In this document: positions 61,183-64,000 of the stretch, one piece after another
Layout of the letters: the number at the start of each line of letters is the position of its first letter
Position numbering within the stretch: the first letter of the stretch is position 1
Assembly: GCA_030390025.1 (NCBI GenBank)
Contig: CM059425.1
Span: 163,372,001 to 163,436,000 of the forward strand
DNA length: 64,000 bases
Direction: 5' to 3'
Source: Squalus acanthias
Lineage: Eukaryota
Notes under the pieces: model-generated
The model's input: only the letters and a program-made list of their open reading frames with translations
Told to the model about the DNA's origin: nothing
Databases searched by the model: none
Program-made: the position numbers and the translations under genes

Positions 61183-62296
61183 TTGGTTATTTGTATGGAC
61201 TTCCAGAAGGCATTTGATAAAGTCCCACATAAAAAACTGTTATATAAGGTAGAAGACCACAGAGTTGAAGGCAAATTATTGACCTGGTTAGGAAATTGGC
61301 TGAGCGGCAGGAGACAGAGAGTAGGGATAATGGGTAGGTATTCAAATTGGCAGGATATGACTAGTGGTGTCCCGCAGGGATCTGTGTTGGGGCCTCAACT
61401 ATTCACAATATTTATTAATGACTTAGATGCTGGCATAGAGAGTCATATATCCAAATTTGCCGATGACGCAAAGATAGGCGGCAGTGTAGATGAAAGCATA
61501 AAATTGCAAGGGAATATTGATAGATTAAGTGAATGGGCAAAACTTTGGCAAATGGATTTCAATGTAAGCAAATGTGAGGTCATCCACTTTGGACCTAAAA
61601 AGGATAGAACAGGGTACTTTCTAAATGGTAAAAAGCTAAAAACAGTGGATGTCCAAAGAGACTTGGGGGTTCAGGTACATAGATCATTAAAATGCCATGA
61701 ACAGGTACAGAAAATAATCAAAAAGGCTAATGGAATGCTGGCCTTTATATCTAGAGGACTAGAGTACAAGGGGGCAGAAGTTATGCTACAGCTATACAAA
61801 GCCCTGGTCAGACCACACCTGGAGTACTGTGAGCAGTTCTGGGCACCACACCTTAGGAAGGATATATTGGCCTTGGAGGGAGTGCAGCGTAGGTTTACCA
61901 GAATGATACCCGGACTTCAAGGGTTAAGTTACGAGGAGAGATTACATAAATTAGGTTTGTATTCCCTAGAATTTTGAAGGTTAAGGGGTGATCTGATCAA
62001 AGTTTTCAGGATATTAAGGGGAACAGATAGGGTAGATAGAGAGAAACTATTTCTGCTGGTTGGGGATTCTAGGACTAGGGGGCATAGTCTAAAAATTAGA
62101 GCCAGACCTTTAGGAGTGAAATTAGGAAACACTTCTACACACAAAGGGTGGTAGAAATTTGGAACTCTCTTCCGCAAACGGCAATTGATGCGAGATCAAT
62201 TGTTAATTTTAAATTGGAGATTGATAGCTTTTTGTTAACCAAAGGTATTAAGGCCAAAGGTTGGGGTATGGAGTTAGATCACAGATCAGCCATGAT
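61183..62296 (+). mobile_element. 5'-truncated CR1 RT fragment
   Basis: 264-aa ORF with DFQKAFDKV, GVPQGSVLGP and FADD, followed by a premature stop. The 3' UTR is cut at 62296. Confidence 0.88.
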
Positions 62297-64000
62297 AGAA
62301 ACATAGAAAAATAAGAGCAGGAGTAGGCCATTCGGCCCTTTGAGCCTGCTCCGCCATTCAATATGATCATGGCTGATCCTCTATCTCAATACCATAATCC
62401 CGCTCTCTCCCCATACCCCTTGACGCCTTGTGCGTCTAGAAATCTATCTATCTCCTTCTTAAATATATTCAGTGACTTGGCCTCCACAGCCTTCTGTGGT
62501 AGAGAAAGCCACAGGTTCACCACCCTCTGAGTGAAGAAATTTCTCCTCATCTCAGTCCTAAATGTCCTATCCCGTATCCTGAGACTGTGACCCCTCGTTC
62601 TAGACCCACCCCAGCCAGGGGAAACATCCTCCCTGCATCCAGTCTGTCTAGCCCTGTCAGAATTCTATACATTTCAATGAGATCCCCTCTCATTCTTCCA
62701 AACTCTAGTGAATACAGGCCTAGTCGACCCAATCTCTCCTCATACGACAGTCCTGCCATCCCAGGAATCAGTCTGGTGAACCTTCGCTGCACTCCCTCTA
62801 TGGCAAGTATATCCTTTCTTAGGTAAGGAGACCAAAACTGCACACAGTACTCCAGGTGTGGTCTCACCAAGGCCCTGTATAACTGTAGTAAGACATCCTT
62901 GCTCCTGTACTCAAATCCTCTTGCAATGAAGGTCAACATACCATTTGCCTTCCTAACTGTTTGCTGCACCTGCATGTTTGCTTTCAGTGACTGGTGTACA
63001 AGGACACCCAGGTCCCTCTGTACATCAACATTTCCCAATCTATCACCATTTAAATAATACTCTGCCTTTCTGTTTTTCCTACCGAAGTGTATAACTTCAC
63101 ATTTATCCACGTTATACTGCATCTGCCATGTATTTGCCCACTCACTCAACTTGTCTAAATCGCCTTGAAGCCTCTTTGCATCCTCCTCACAACTCACAAT
63201 CCCACCTAGTTTTGTGTCATCAGCAAACTTGGAAATATTACGTTTGGTTCCCTCATCCAAATCATTGATATATATTGTGAATAGCTGGGGCCCAAGCATT
63301 GATCCCTGCGGTACCCCACTAGTCACCGCCTGCCACCCCGAAAAAGACTCATTTATTCCTACTCTCTGTTTCCTGTCTGTTAACCAATTTTCAATCCATG
63401 CCAGTATATTACCTCCAATCCCATGTGCTTTAATTTTGCACACTAACCTCTTATGTGGGACTTTATCAAAGGCCTTCTGAAAATCCAAATACACCACATC
63501 CACTGGTTCTCCCTTATCTATTCTACCAGTTACATTCTCAAAAAACTCCAGTAGGTTTGTCAAACACAATTTCCCTTTCATAAATCCATGTTGACTTTGT
63601 CTAATCCCACTGATATTTTCTAAGTATCCTGTTATCACATCCTTTATAATAGACTCTAGCATTTTCCCTACTACTGATGTTAGGCTAACCGGTCTGTAGT
63701 TCCCTGTTTTCTCTCTCCCTCCTTTTTTAAATAGTGGGGTTACATTTGCCACTTTCCAATCTGCAGGAACTGTTCCATAATCTATAGAATTTTGGAAGAT
63801 GACAACCAATGCATCCACTATTTCCATGGCTACCTCTTTTAGTACTCTGGGATGCAGATTATCTCAGCTTTCAGTCCCATTAATTTCTCCAGCACTATTT
63901 TTTTACTAATACTAATTTCCTTTAATTCCTCCTTCTCACGAGACCCTTGGTTCCTTCGCATTTGTGTCCTCTACCGTGAAGACAGAACCAAAGTATTTGT
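62297..64000 (-). mobile_element. CR1 3' half (RT), continues past the window end
   Basis: 426-aa ORF 62547-63827 with the complete RT motif set, plus 3' UTR and tail. Confidence 0.9.

Overview
Eukaryotic, transposon-saturated vertebrate DNA. The repeat content suggests a cartilaginous fish (inference). The only host-gene piece I can support is one 81-bp minus-strand exon at 28574-28654 matching CPT2 exon 2, so much of the window is probably intronic. Mobile content: (i) an apparently intact two-gene PIF/Harbinger transposon (2-4398; DDE transposase plus a spliced three-exon Myb/SANT partner gene), several decayed Harbinger copies and MITEs; (ii) many CR1 LINEs, four of which keep the ORF1 (zinc-finger + SGNH esterase)/ORF2 (APE-RT) junction; (iii) Penelope-like insertions in inverted-repeat form carrying minimal hammerhead ribozymes; (iv) hAT MITEs, a tRNA-derived SINE, and L2/RTE fragments, often nested several levels deep. 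Most notable: a U_UUA_AAC-type -1 frameshift heptamer sits directly before the ORF1 stop in all four CR1 junctions, with ORF2 open in the -1 frame; a 36 x 83-bp monomer array forms the 5' end of a near-intact CR1; the Harbingers share an extended target-site consensus with non-canonical TSDs; and short Penelope insertions invert at the ribozyme. All assignments are by eye from motifs and recalled family knowledge; no database search was run.
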